Of a stretch of 20,000 nucleotides of DNA, positions 1 through 9,068 are shown one piece after another. The notes under the pieces are model-generated. The model did no database searches. It saw nothing but the letters and a program-made list of their open reading frames with translations, and was not told the origin of the DNA. Position 1 is the first letter of the stretch. Each line of letters opens with the position of its first letter. The stretch is from an uncultured bacterium. GTDB lineage: Bacteria > UBA8481. The stretch covers positions 122,206-142,205 of the forward strand of contig CAZCME010000011.1 in the NCBI GenBank assembly GCA_964499705.1. The letters run 5' to 3'. A program made the translations under genes and the position numbers.

Positions 1-11
1 CCTCAACGCAC

Positions 12-713
12 ATGAGTCAGCTGGTAATCATCACCAGCCTGATTACGTCGATGGTATGCGTGCAGATGCCGCTGGAGATAGCGGCAGGAAAGGAGATAAG
101 ACAAATGCTCTGGTCGCGTGATTATGGCTTTGTAAGGCGATACGTCGAATTTGTGGTTTTGGAGACCGTTCGTGCAGCGCTGGCGTTATGGATAGTCCTG
201 TGGCACGGCGTCATCTTCGGTCTTGCGGCGGGCGCCGCGATCATACTATCGAGCGATCAAACGCTCCTTTCCATCGTCGCCTGTTATCTCGGCGCGGTGA
301 TCGCGGGCGTCTTCTTCTACGTCGCGACACCGGGCATTTCCTGGCGAGTCATACGGGATTCCGTCGGTGAGGCGCACCTGGAGGTCGGTGTGCTTCCTCA
401 TGAAACGATGGCGGTTGAAGAGTTTGTTCGATGTATACGAGAAAAATGGTTTCGAAATCTCAACGAAGGAGGCGAGGAAGATATCGAAGCCGATGAGGTT
501 GTGGCTGCAGCGGCGGAGGCGGAGTCTTTGCCGTGCGACTGTGACGAAGGAGGAGCGGATGCAAACAAAGCTGAAGAAACGGGTATCGGGGATGTCGCGC
601 GTGAGGATTGCCCTCTCGCGCTCAATGGCGAGGAATTCGTCCTGCGGGACGCATTCCTCATGGACGTGGCGCCGATCGATTCGGGCGCTCAAGGAGAACA
701 ACATGTTCAATAA
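12..713 (+). CDS. Hypothetical membrane protein with acidic C-terminal tail
   Basis: 233-aa ORF with 2-3 hydrophobic segments (ALALWIVLWHGVIFGLAAGAAIIL; LLSIVACYLGAVIAGVFFYVA) followed by an Asp/Glu-rich tail. The ATG at 12 is part of ATGA (12-15), consistent with coupling to an upstream gene. The stop overlaps the next gene. Confidence 0.75.
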   Translation: MSQLVIITSLITSMVCVQMPLEIAAGKEIRQMLWSRDYGFVRRYVEFVVLETVRAALALWIVLWHGVIFGLAAGAAIILSSDQTLLSIVACYLGAVIAGVFFYVATPGISWRVIRDSVGEAHLEVGVLPHETMAVEEFVRCIREKWFRNLNEGGEEDIEADEVVAAAAEAESLPCDCDEGGADANKAEETGIGDVAREDCPLALNGEEFVLRDAFLMDVAPIDSGAQGEQHVQ

Positions 714-1521
714 TCGTTGGTGCGTCGGCGCTCTCGTCGGCGCGATCATGCTCGGCGGCGTCGCCTGTTCGAACGACAAGCAAGTTCGGCAGCCGGTTCA
801 TCCGGTGATTACGCCGACACCGTCAAATCAGTATCCGGCGTCCGCGATCACGGCGCCCCAGCCCGTCTTCGCTACTCCTGTCGCGAATCCGGTCGTTGCT
901 CCTGCGCCTGTCGCGCCGGCGCCCGTGTATGTGGCGACCGCGGTGGTTTCAGCGCCGGAGCCGGTGGATCCGTGGCTGGTATGGAAAAGCGCGGAGCGTG
1001 GTTCGATGAATCGGTTCGAGCCGTCCGGCGAAGATCTCGTGATACCGCTCGGGATACGATCGCTTCCGGATAATGCGAGCGATGCTCAGGCAATTCGCTG
1101 TCTGGCTCTTCTGGACAACATCAGCTCGGAGGTCGAGCGCGCAAAGAGAAATCCCGCTTACCGCGTGGAAGTCTCGACGATCAAGGTTGAAGGATTCACC
1201 CTCTCGGGCGCAACAGAGGGCCGATCGTCGGAGGTACTCTACGGGCGACTGCCGTGGAAAGCTGTCGAGCAGGGTGTCGTAACGAATCGTGAGATCGCCT
1301 ATCTGGCGGGTAAGCCCGTCGCGGTCAGAGCAGCGCTCGTCGTCCCAAGTTCGAAGCTGTCGAATTCTGAACGCCGTACCATTTCGTCGCTGGCGCATGA
1401 TCAGATGTTGCGGGACAGCGCGGCCGTGGATGATCTTGTGACCGCAGGCCGTGCCAAGGCAGTGGCTGCCGAGGTGGACGCTCGCTTTACCGCGACAACG
1501 TCGAACGATACCTGGCGATAA
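703..1521 (+). CDS. Putative lipoprotein with Pro/Ala/Val-rich linker
   Basis: AAGGAG at 691-696 precedes the ATG at 703, which is a better start than 367. The N-terminus MFNNRWCVGALVGAIMLGGVA-C is a signal peptide II with a lipobox Cys at residue 22. A P/A/V-rich linker and a globular domain follow (272 aa). Confidence 0.8.
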   Translation: MFNNRWCVGALVGAIMLGGVACSNDKQVRQPVHPVITPTPSNQYPASAITAPQPVFATPVANPVVAPAPVAPAPVYVATAVVSAPEPVDPWLVWKSAERGSMNRFEPSGEDLVIPLGIRSLPDNASDAQAIRCLALLDNISSEVERAKRNPAYRVEVSTIKVEGFTLSGATEGRSSEVLYGRLPWKAVEQGVVTNREIAYLAGKPVAVRAALVVPSSKLSNSERRTISSLAHDQMLRDSAAVDDLVTAGRAKAVAAEVDARFTATTSNDTWR

Positions 1522-1523
1522 CC

Positions 1524-3077
1524 GTGAATTCGCCATCGTCCGGATTCGTTTTCTTGCTGGTTGCGGGCAGCCTTGCGCTGCCCGCGCTTGCGGTCGCGGA
1601 ATCCCTCTGGCTGGATGTCAAGCCCGGGACACCGGTTGGCGTGTCCTGGGCCGGGGCCGAGACCATGACGCTCATCGAGGAGGCGTCGGCATCCGGCAGG
1701 ACGCAGGAGGAAGCGACGCGCGCCGCGGTGGTCATGGCTCGCCTCAAGCTCTCCTCCTCCTTCGGCATGTCATCGCTTCGCGAGCGAGTCGTCGTCAGCG
1801 AAGATCTCTCCTCTTCGTCATCATCTTCTCGCATGTCGCGTGATGCGTTCGCGGACAAAGTTTCTCCGGATTTACCCATGTCGCTCCTTCGTGCGATCAG
1901 AATTTCATACTCGGAACTTCATGACGCTGATCGCACGAGTTTCATGGCTCGGGCAACGCTGGGTCTGCCTGCCCAAAATCTGGAGGACGCGCGGCGCCGG
2001 GCTCTGGAAACGTTGAAAGATTTACGCTCGGCCGCAGAAAGGGAGCAATCGAACCAGCGCGATGCCATCATGCGCCAGGGGATAGCGGCGCTGCAACGCG
2101 CGCGCACCTCGGTCGGGGTCTCGAACTGCATCGAAGAGATCGCGGCGATCGAAGGTTCGTTGGAGGAAGCGGCCAATCTCGGGGTTCCGACGCCTCAAAC
2201 CGAATCGCTTCGTACTTCTTGTCGTGTTGGCCGCGAGTGGATCCAGAGATACACGAATCATACATTCAACTGTGACATCATCGAGTCCTCCTCGACCGTG
2301 TCGCCTCTTGCTCGATTGATCGAGGCTAATGTGATACGGGAAGCCGGCATGCTTGGATTGACCGCACGCGTCCGTCATTTGATGGCGGGCTCCATCCGTA
2401 GTAGTGCGACGCCTGGTTCGGGAAGCATGTTTCGCGTCGCGCGACGGACGACTCCCTCGCTGATCCGTCTTGCCGATTCGGCCGTCTTCTTTCCTAACGT
2501 CCGGTTTGCCCGCGACGTGAGCGATCGCGATTTCATGACGGAGGGCGCCGATCTCGAAATTAACCTTCCGACATTCGGTCCCGCGGAACGGGCTCTTTCA
2601 GCACTGGGGCCTTCGTCAGTGCCGGCCTTTGATGGTCTCGCGCGTTCGATTTCCATATTTTCCCGCGCCCGATTCAGAGCGATGCCCGATTTGTCGGCGG
2701 ACACCGTGGAGGTTTCTGATCGGGCGCGTACTGGAAATCCTGATCGATCTCGGACCGGAGTTCTTCTTGCGATCGATAACGGTCACGGGCTTATTCACGT
2801 CGAAGGCCGGACCTGGGTCTGGGTCTGGCTGCCCAACGTCACCGATCCTGATCTTCCTGGGTGGCGTGTGATTGCGCCCGCTCTCCGGATCTATTCGAAG
2901 CCAGATGCCCGCGGCCTTCGCAGATGGATTCGCTCGGCGCGGCAGAACGAAGGATTTTTGTATCAGGGCGAGGGAGAGGAATGGTTGGAGTTGGCGGACG
3001 AGAGGGGGCGCGTGGTCTCTGTCTGGAAGAACGATTTGAACGGCTCGGCCGGAGGAGAGGGATGGGTGAATCCATGA
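1524..3077 (+). CDS. Exported protein, N-terminal region weakly LPP20-like
   Basis: 517-aa ORF with a GTG start 2 nt after the previous stop and a signal-peptide-like N-terminus (FVFLLVAGSLALPALA). The segment ASASGRTQEEATRAAVVMARLKLS resembles the G-x-x-x-x-E-A-x-x-x-A-x-x-x-A-R pattern of LPP20-like domains. The family call is weak. Confidence 0.7.
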   Translation: MNSPSSGFVFLLVAGSLALPALAVAESLWLDVKPGTPVGVSWAGAETMTLIEEASASGRTQEEATRAAVVMARLKLSSSFGMSSLRERVVVSEDLSSSSSSSRMSRDAFADKVSPDLPMSLLRAIRISYSELHDADRTSFMARATLGLPAQNLEDARRRALETLKDLRSAAEREQSNQRDAIMRQGIAALQRARTSVGVSNCIEEIAAIEGSLEEAANLGVPTPQTESLRTSCRVGREWIQRYTNHTFNCDIIESSSTVSPLARLIEANVIREAGMLGLTARVRHLMAGSIRSSATPGSGSMFRVARRTTPSLIRLADSAVFFPNVRFARDVSDRDFMTEGADLEINLPTFGPAERALSALGPSSVPAFDGLARSISIFSRARFRAMPDLSADTVEVSDRARTGNPDRSRTGVLLAIDNGHGLIHVEGRTWVWVWLPNVTDPDLPGWRVIAPALRIYSKPDARGLRRWIRSARQNEGFLYQGEGEEWLELADERGRVVSVWKNDLNGSAGGEGWVNP

Positions 3078-3730
3078 AGGCACTGGTATTGTTGATTCTC
3101 ATCATCATCATTTTCGTGAGCATCGTGACAAGCGTCCGCTCCGACTATCAGCATCAATTGCTTAACGCTCTGTTGGGTCGCGAAGCAAGCGCGGTTGCTC
3201 CCATATTGCCCGGAGTAGGGGCATCTCCGGATTCGATCGCGTTGATCGGATTGACCGGGGGCGCAATGGTGCCGCTCTACAGAGCGGCGGACCCTTTGTC
3301 ATACGAAGCGACGCCGATCCGCTGGCTTCTTAAGCGCGATCTGGCTCGATATCATTTTGTCAGCGCTAGTCCGGATGGATTCCTTATCATCGCGGATTCC
3401 AACGATACCACGAGGAATATCCGCGTCTTCGCGGGTGATGTCGCGCCTGATACGAAGGGCGATGTCGGTCTTGATCCCTTTGCGGATTCGCGAGCTCTTG
3501 TCGGTGATCAGGCCGTCGAGATCTTTGACATGGATCCAACCTCGAGGCTGTCCGCACCCGCTCATATTGTGACGTCCGGCGCGCTCATCACGCTCGCCTA
3601 CATTCCCGATGACGCTCCAGATGCCGCGCCAACACCATTAGTGCTATGCCGGCGCAGTAACGGACGATTCATTACAGGTATTGTGCCGAAAGCCGTTCTT
3701 GAGCAATCCGAGGAGGCAGATCATGACTAG
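3074..3730 (+). CDS. Hypothetical exported or membrane-anchored protein
   Basis: ATGA overlap at 3074-3077. The N-terminus MKALVLLILIIIIFVSIVTSV is a signal or anchor helix, followed by a beta-rich-looking domain (218 aa). Confidence 0.75.
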   Translation: MKALVLLILIIIIFVSIVTSVRSDYQHQLLNALLGREASAVAPILPGVGASPDSIALIGLTGGAMVPLYRAADPLSYEATPIRWLLKRDLARYHFVSASPDGFLIIADSNDTTRNIRVFAGDVAPDTKGDVGLDPFADSRALVGDQAVEIFDMDPTSRLSAPAHIVTSGALITLAYIPDDAPDAAPTPLVLCRRSNGRFITGIVPKAVLEQSEEADHD

Positions 3731-4511
3731 AGTCATTCGCAATCTTCTCGTTCTTTTCACGCTATCCGCTGTGATAGCTCACTTCTGGCGACCGGATTCC
3801 GGCGGACCAGGTGGCCGGTGGATGACGAATATAATTGTCGAGGTGCCGTCCGTGATGGAGCGCTTCGTCGGCCCGTTGGGATTTCGCATTGGTGCCACCC
3901 TCGCGATTGCATGGGCACTGGTTCGCATTCGCGCTCGATGGCGTAAATCAGAGTTATGGAGGATTCAGCGCCCCTCGGTTTCCACCGTGGGCCCACGCCG
4001 CGCACCATTAACCGTCACGGTGATGAATCCGGAAGAAGCCGCTCTTACGCGTCGGAAGGAAATTCGGCGCCTGGCCGCTCATCATCTCCTGGATCGTGAC
4101 AATTCCGGAATGAGCGAGCGCGAGGCGAGGCGGTTGGTCGCGGAATGCGCAGCAGCATTCCTGGATGAGAATTCCGATCTGGACGTTCATTCCGCAGCGA
4201 AGCGGCTTGCAGATGAAGCGGATCACCTCCGTCGGCAGAAGGCAGAGGACAGGGAGCGTGTTCAACGTCGGCAAAGAATTCTGGATCAGGCCGTGCGTTT
4301 TCTAGTGGAAGGAACTCCGAAGTTGACTCCCGCAGTTGCTCAGGCGCGTGTCGCGGCCGTGGCGAAGGACATATTGATCGGCGGCACGAAGGAAGACGAA
4401 GCCAAAGTGGCGGAGCGATTGGCGATCGCTGCATATTTGGAGCGCATTGATGAGGGGCGTATCCATTCAGATGCGGAAACGGGCTCATATCGAATGCGAG
4501 GCGCGCAATGA
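3723..4511 (+). CDS. Membrane protein (two TM segments) with a tandem-duplicated helical domain
   Basis: AGGAGG at 3711-3716 precedes the ATG at 3723. Two hydrophobic segments are followed by two copies of a helical unit of about 60 aa (nt 4050-4232 and 4266-4445); 262 aa. Confidence 0.8.
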   Translation: MTRVIRNLLVLFTLSAVIAHFWRPDSGGPGGRWMTNIIVEVPSVMERFVGPLGFRIGATLAIAWALVRIRARWRKSELWRIQRPSVSTVGPRRAPLTVTVMNPEEAALTRRKEIRRLAAHHLLDRDNSGMSEREARRLVAECAAAFLDENSDLDVHSAAKRLADEADHLRRQKAEDRERVQRRQRILDQAVRFLVEGTPKLTPAVAQARVAAVAKDILIGGTKEDEAKVAERLAIAAYLERIDEGRIHSDAETGSYRMRGAQ

Positions 4512-5095
4512 ACAGAACGTCGATTCACAAAAGGGAGGCAAAGAAGCTTTCCATTACGACGCTGTCGCGGGCGGAAAAGGACTTCTCCAAAGCGTTGGCG
4601 GAACAAGTGCTCGAACATGTCTCAACGACCGAAGTTGCTCGATTTCGGGGCGGCGACGGCTCAATCGATGAGCGAGGTTTTCTGCAATCGAAGTCCCTGC
4701 GCGGGATCGTAAAGCGGATGATCGGTACGGCAGCCTGTCCGCTTCCGGTCTCATTCTCGTCGAATGCGGCACTTTTGATGCGTATCGGGCGTTCGGTCCT
4801 TCGGCGATTGTCGCATTGCCCGGTCGCCGCATGGAAACCACTCGATGTGAAATGGGAATTTCTGAAATGCTTCGGTAACGAGCATGGGAGAGCCCTTGCG
4901 TTTCGGGTCGATCAGGAAAAAGTTCTCATATTGCTTATTTCGGATAAACAGAATGTCGCGATTTCGTGCGATGAGATCGCTTCGTTGCGTTGCCTCATAC
5001 TCGAAGAGAACACCCTTTTAAGCGGACGCGTCAAGTTCGTGATGGGTGTACCGATATCCACTCGCCATTGCCGGGATAAGGAGGTCGAAGCATGA
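4508..5095 (+). CDS. Hypothetical protein
   Basis: 195-aa ORF with ATGA overlaps at both ends (4508-4511 and 5092-5095). No motif recognised. Confidence 0.7.
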   Translation: MNRTSIHKREAKKLSITTLSRAEKDFSKALAEQVLEHVSTTEVARFRGGDGSIDERGFLQSKSLRGIVKRMIGTAACPLPVSFSSNAALLMRIGRSVLRRLSHCPVAAWKPLDVKWEFLKCFGNEHGRALAFRVDQEKVLILLISDKQNVAISCDEIASLRCLILEENTLLSGRVKFVMGVPISTRHCRDKEVEA

Positions 5096-6903
5096 CCGCC
5101 GCCGTTCTGGCTTTTGAGCGACTCGATCGATACAAGCGAATGCGCCTCCTCCAGAAGGTGAATCGCCTGCGAAAGCTCCTGGTTCCTGAAGTCTTCGCCT
5201 CTCTGCGGTGCGTTCTCGATCATCCTGTGGCTGACCTGCGATCACTCTGTATGGAATTGAAGAGCGCCGGATTGATACCAGCCGCTATCACGGAATTCAC
5301 GGAGGCCTTCACGCCACCGGAGCCTGATCATTACGCCTCGTCCGGATTCGTTCGACTTCTCGAAGTGATAGAAGAGAAGTGCGAAGTTCTCGATCCTCCT
5401 CGCTTCATGCGCCTTCTTGCCGAACATCCGGAATGTCCGTGCCGCAGAAAGTTGGCGCATGCATTCAGAATTCTTCCGCCCACGAAGCACCTGCGCGGTT
5501 TGCCTGTCGGCGACGACCGCGCGCGCCGACTGATTTCCGGGCTTCGTTCCACTGAAATTCAATTCGCAAAAAAGGCGATTGAGCGTAACGCGCCATTCAT
5601 CATCGTGGACGACGGTGGCGAAGCGGCCAGCCTTTTTGCGCTCGCGGCCGAAAAGGCGAAGGTATCGGCATGGGAATTGACCATCGCCAATGCCTCGGAA
5701 ATGAACGAAGTCACGCTTGAGCTGGCCTCAGTTCAGCCGTCCCATGTCCTGATTTCGTGGGTCGAAGGGCTGGAATGGAAGACTATCCTTTCTTTCTGCG
5801 CCGGCACGACGACACCCGTACTCAGCATGGGATCGGCGTCCTTCGGTCTCTTCACACGTGATCGTGCGCATGCGGGTGTGCCTTACATCGTGATCGGCGC
5901 GCCACAAGACGAGTATGTATCGATCGGCATTCAATCGGCGTATGAAGTTCCGGAAGCGGCGGCGAAATATGTGGCGAGGCTGGTTTCTGTATTAAGGCGT
6001 GTTCCTCCAATCCGGGTCGTGTCGAGCGTGCTGGAGGATTCTCAAGTTGTCCGCGAATCCGAGAGTCTGCGCGCCCGCGCGGCCCGCGAATTTCCGTATG
6101 ACATCGCGGACCTCGAAGATCTCAGAACAGGCCTCGCTCGGATCGATACCGAATGGGCGAAGAAATTCGTGGGGCAGACAAGAGCGAAGGAGTCCATTCT
6201 CACGGCTCTCGAGTCACATTTGGACGAATGGAACCTCGGGCCAAGCCGGATACTTTTATTGGCCGGTTCGCCCGGCACCGGAAAGACGTCCGCGGCGAAC
6301 TGGCTGGCATCACTGATGACGGGAGGCCGAAAAGTATTCTTGAGCGGCACCGAGTATCTGCATGAATATTCGGTCAGCACGCTTCTCGGCGCAGGCCCGG
6401 GATATGTGGGTCACGAGATGCCTGGGGTACTGGATCCGATATTCACTCATTCCCTTACAACGCTCATTGTGGACGAGGTCGATCGAGCTCATCCGAGCAT
6501 TGCACGACTCCTGCTCGTTCGTCCCGGTACGAACGGCTCCATTGTCGACTCGTTTGGCCGCACGATGCGTCCCCCACTCATTATTGGAACCACAAATCTC
6601 GGTTATACGGGCGCCGGTCTGGCCGGGCTCGCGCGCGATACCGAAGACGAGGCGTGGCATGTACGAAGGTTGCTAACCGAAGAACTCGGGGAAGAAGTGC
6701 TCTCCCGATGCCAACTGGTGCTCTTTCATTCTTTCACCGCGGAAGAAATCGATGAGTTGATCGCAATGTCGTTGGGAAATAAATATTCGAAGGAGGAACT
6801 TTCGGCGGTATGGAAGAAGCTGGGGCCGCGGCATCGAAATTACTCGGCTCGCGAGGTGCAGAGCGCATGCGGCGCTGTTACCGGAAAGAGGAATAGTGCA
6901 TGA
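5092..6903 (+). CDS. Clp/Hsp100-like AAA+ ATPase with intact D2-type module and degenerate D1-like region
   Basis: Strong RBS TAAGGAGGT at 5077-5085. The C-terminal half has ClpA/B D2 motifs: FVGQ, Walker A GSPGTGKT (6265-6288), EYLHEYSVSTLLGAGPGYVG pore loop, Walker B IVDEVDRAHP, DSFGR and TTNLG. Confidence 0.88.
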   Translation: MTAAVLAFERLDRYKRMRLLQKVNRLRKLLVPEVFASLRCVLDHPVADLRSLCMELKSAGLIPAAITEFTEAFTPPEPDHYASSGFVRLLEVIEEKCEVLDPPRFMRLLAEHPECPCRRKLAHAFRILPPTKHLRGLPVGDDRARRLISGLRSTEIQFAKKAIERNAPFIIVDDGGEAASLFALAAEKAKVSAWELTIANASEMNEVTLELASVQPSHVLISWVEGLEWKTILSFCAGTTTPVLSMGSASFGLFTRDRAHAGVPYIVIGAPQDEYVSIGIQSAYEVPEAAAKYVARLVSVLRRVPPIRVVSSVLEDSQVVRESESLRARAAREFPYDIADLEDLRTGLARIDTEWAKKFVGQTRAKESILTALESHLDEWNLGPSRILLLAGSPGTGKTSAANWLASLMTGGRKVFLSGTEYLHEYSVSTLLGAGPGYVGHEMPGVLDPIFTHSLTTLIVDEVDRAHPSIARLLLVRPGTNGSIVDSFGRTMRPPLIIGTTNLGYTGAGLAGLARDTEDEAWHVRRLLTEELGEEVLSRCQLVLFHSFTAEEIDELIAMSLGNKYSKEELSAVWKKLGPRHRNYSAREVQSACGAVTGKRNSA

Positions 6904-9068
6904 AGCGATCAAGCCAGTCCTATCAAAATCATACAACCCGTCTTTCGCTCTTGATTCTTCACGAAGCATCGCAGCACATGCGATCGCGAACAGAGCTGAG
7001 GCGCGGAGACGTCGAGGCCGCGCTCACAGAGCTTCAGGCTCGCTGCCTCGACAAACCGGTGATCAGAGAGGTCATTTCCGCCGCATTTGATGATCTGCAT
7101 TCAAAAGACTCTCAGACGGTCAGGGTGGTAACGGCGCTTGCCGAATTGAGTCGACGCTACGCCGGACCCACACTGTATGAACGAGTAGTGAAAGCGTTCG
7201 TCGCCGGCGGTAGGCATGAACTGGAATTGTTGTCCGCGTGGTGGCCCGAGGATATCGGTCTTGAGAGCGATATATGCGCTGTTGATGAGAATTCGGATGA
7301 CATTGTTGTTCCAGACTCCAGGTTTCTCCGTGTCCCAACATTCGAAGAAGATTCGGCGGCGGACATGGAATCCATGTTGAATTCACCGGAATTCAATGAG
7401 ACGCCGGGAATCGATCTGCTTGATTTCAGGAGAGCGGTGGAATACCGGCGATTTGTCGGTGTCGATAAAATCGTCCGGGATGTGGCGGCGCAACTCGGGC
7501 AGGGTCGCAGCGTGGTAATCACGGCGCCTCCCGGCGCGGGCAAGACATCCGTCGTATTATCTCTCGCGCTGCAGCATTCTCTCGGCCTTTTACCCGCTCT
7601 GGGCGATCGCCTGCTAAGGCATCTTTCGTTGCGGGACATGATGGGTGAGCATGTAGGCTATGTGGGGGGCTTGGAACAGAATGTCGAGGCGTTGCTCGCT
7701 CATCTTCGGGATCTGGTAGTCAGAACGGTCGTGTTCTTTGATGAAATTCATCTTATGGTGGGAGCAGGATCAGGAAATGCCGGCCCCGGTAAGAGCAGCG
7801 CGGATCTTGCAAATTTACTCAAGCAAAATCTCTCCACCGGCGAACTCCAGGTTCTCGGAGCATCAACGAGCCTTGAATGGTCGAGGGTCGAAATATCGGA
7901 TCCGGCGTTCGCACGACGCTTCATCAAAATATCGTTACCTCTTCCGACAGGCGCCATGCTCCGAGAGCAATTTCAAGCCAGCAAGCCTGCGTTCGAGACG
8001 GCCAGCGGCTTCAGGTCTTTTTTTGAGGAAGGAGCGGTGGAGAAGATTCTCGAGATCGCCGAAGAATCGTCCAAGCAGACCGGACAGGCATCCGCCGCTC
8101 CTGATCGTTTCTGGCGCATCGCCTCTCTTTGTCTTTCGCAGGAAGCGAAGGGAAAAGTCGAAAATGCTTTCGACCATGAGCCGGTAGCTATCAACGCGGA
8201 GAAGGTCCTCGAGGTATGTTTTCCCGAATTTACATTCGAGATTCCAGCGCTTCATCTGGCACGCGGGTCAATCGCCCGCGCCATAAGTCTATATTGCGGC
8301 GAATCCGCTGGAGAACGTGTGCAACGCTTCGTCGCCGTGGAAAACGGTCGCAGAACCGGGGGGCCGCTCCTACTTCTTCATCTGAAGCACAGCAACTCGA
8401 ACGGTCAGATCGTGAATTTCGCGCGCGATCTGGGCGCGGCATTGTTCGGGGGGCAGCATCCCCATTGTGTCACTCTGGATGCCGCTTGGATGCCGAAGGA
8501 ATCGATGATCGAGGCGCTCGCGGGACTTCCCGCCCGGTCGGTCTGCATCCTGTTGAGAAGCCGATCTGAAAAAGATCTGCTCGAAACCTTGTTCGGAGGT
8601 CTCGTTCACTATGGAGCTTCCATACCTGGCCCCGAGAAGAAGGAGAGCGATGCCCTTCGAAGCTGTGTCTTTCTCTTCTGTGATGAGGAAGAGGATGAGC
8701 CGGGTCATCTGTTTGACGACGATCTTGCGAGACATATTCCGACGGTCATCTTTCAAGCGAAGGGCATGCGCGGCAATATTCGGAAGGATCTCAGCGCGCT
8801 GGCTGTCGATATCAAGAATGCTCACCCAAAGTATCGCCTGCATGTACCTGCGGCGGGAGATCGATTGTGGAAAGTCATTGAACCGCTGATTCGCCGGGAG
8901 GGGATGGATTCTCTCCGCAGCGAGATCATGCGTACTCTTTCAGACCGGAGGGAGTGCTCCGTTGCCGATGGTCCACCGTCCACGCTGCATCTCGTACCCA
9001 GAGGTTTCGATAACAAGAAAGTCGGATTTCGCATTCTGCCGAGCCGAAAGGACGCGTCGCGATGCTGA
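6900..9068 (+). CDS. Clp/Hsp100-like AAA+ ATPase with intact D1-type module and degenerate D2-like region
   Basis: ATGA overlap. ClpA/B D1 motifs are present: Walker A APPGAGKT (7524-7547), Walker B FFDEIHLMVGAG, DLANLLK, GELQVLGAST and DPAFARRF. The C-terminal part follows the D2 layout without Walker motifs. Confidence 0.88.
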   Translation: MKRSSQSYQNHTTRLSLLILHEASQHMRSRTELRRGDVEAALTELQARCLDKPVIREVISAAFDDLHSKDSQTVRVVTALAELSRRYAGPTLYERVVKAFVAGGRHELELLSAWWPEDIGLESDICAVDENSDDIVVPDSRFLRVPTFEEDSAADMESMLNSPEFNETPGIDLLDFRRAVEYRRFVGVDKIVRDVAAQLGQGRSVVITAPPGAGKTSVVLSLALQHSLGLLPALGDRLLRHLSLRDMMGEHVGYVGGLEQNVEALLAHLRDLVVRTVVFFDEIHLMVGAGSGNAGPGKSSADLANLLKQNLSTGELQVLGASTSLEWSRVEISDPAFARRFIKISLPLPTGAMLREQFQASKPAFETASGFRSFFEEGAVEKILEIAEESSKQTGQASAAPDRFWRIASLCLSQEAKGKVENAFDHEPVAINAEKVLEVCFPEFTFEIPALHLARGSIARAISLYCGESAGERVQRFVAVENGRRTGGPLLLLHLKHSNSNGQIVNFARDLGAALFGGQHPHCVTLDAAWMPKESMIEALAGLPARSVCILLRSRSEKDLLETLFGGLVHYGASIPGPEKKESDALRSCVFLFCDEEEDEPGHLFDDDLARHIPTVIFQAKGMRGNIRKDLSALAVDIKNAHPKYRLHVPAAGDRLWKVIEPLIRREGMDSLRSEIMRTLSDRRECSVADGPPSTLHLVPRGFDNKKVGFRILPSRKDASRC

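Noticed and set aside
367-702. N-terminal extension of the lipoprotein ORF as given in the ORF track (start 367)
   Set aside because: It overlaps gene 12-713 by more than 300 nt. The RBS and signal peptide place the real start at 703.
2861-3073. Upstream extension of the 3074 ORF
   Set aside because: It lies inside the 1524-3077 gene. The ATGA overlap and hydrophobic N-terminus support 3074.
5092-9068. Single frameshifted clpB/clpV pseudogene, or a type VI secretion cluster
   Set aside because: The intact modules are in D2-then-D1 order, each ORF has its own N-terminal region and a clean ATGA coupling, and no T6SS structural genes are recognisable in the window.
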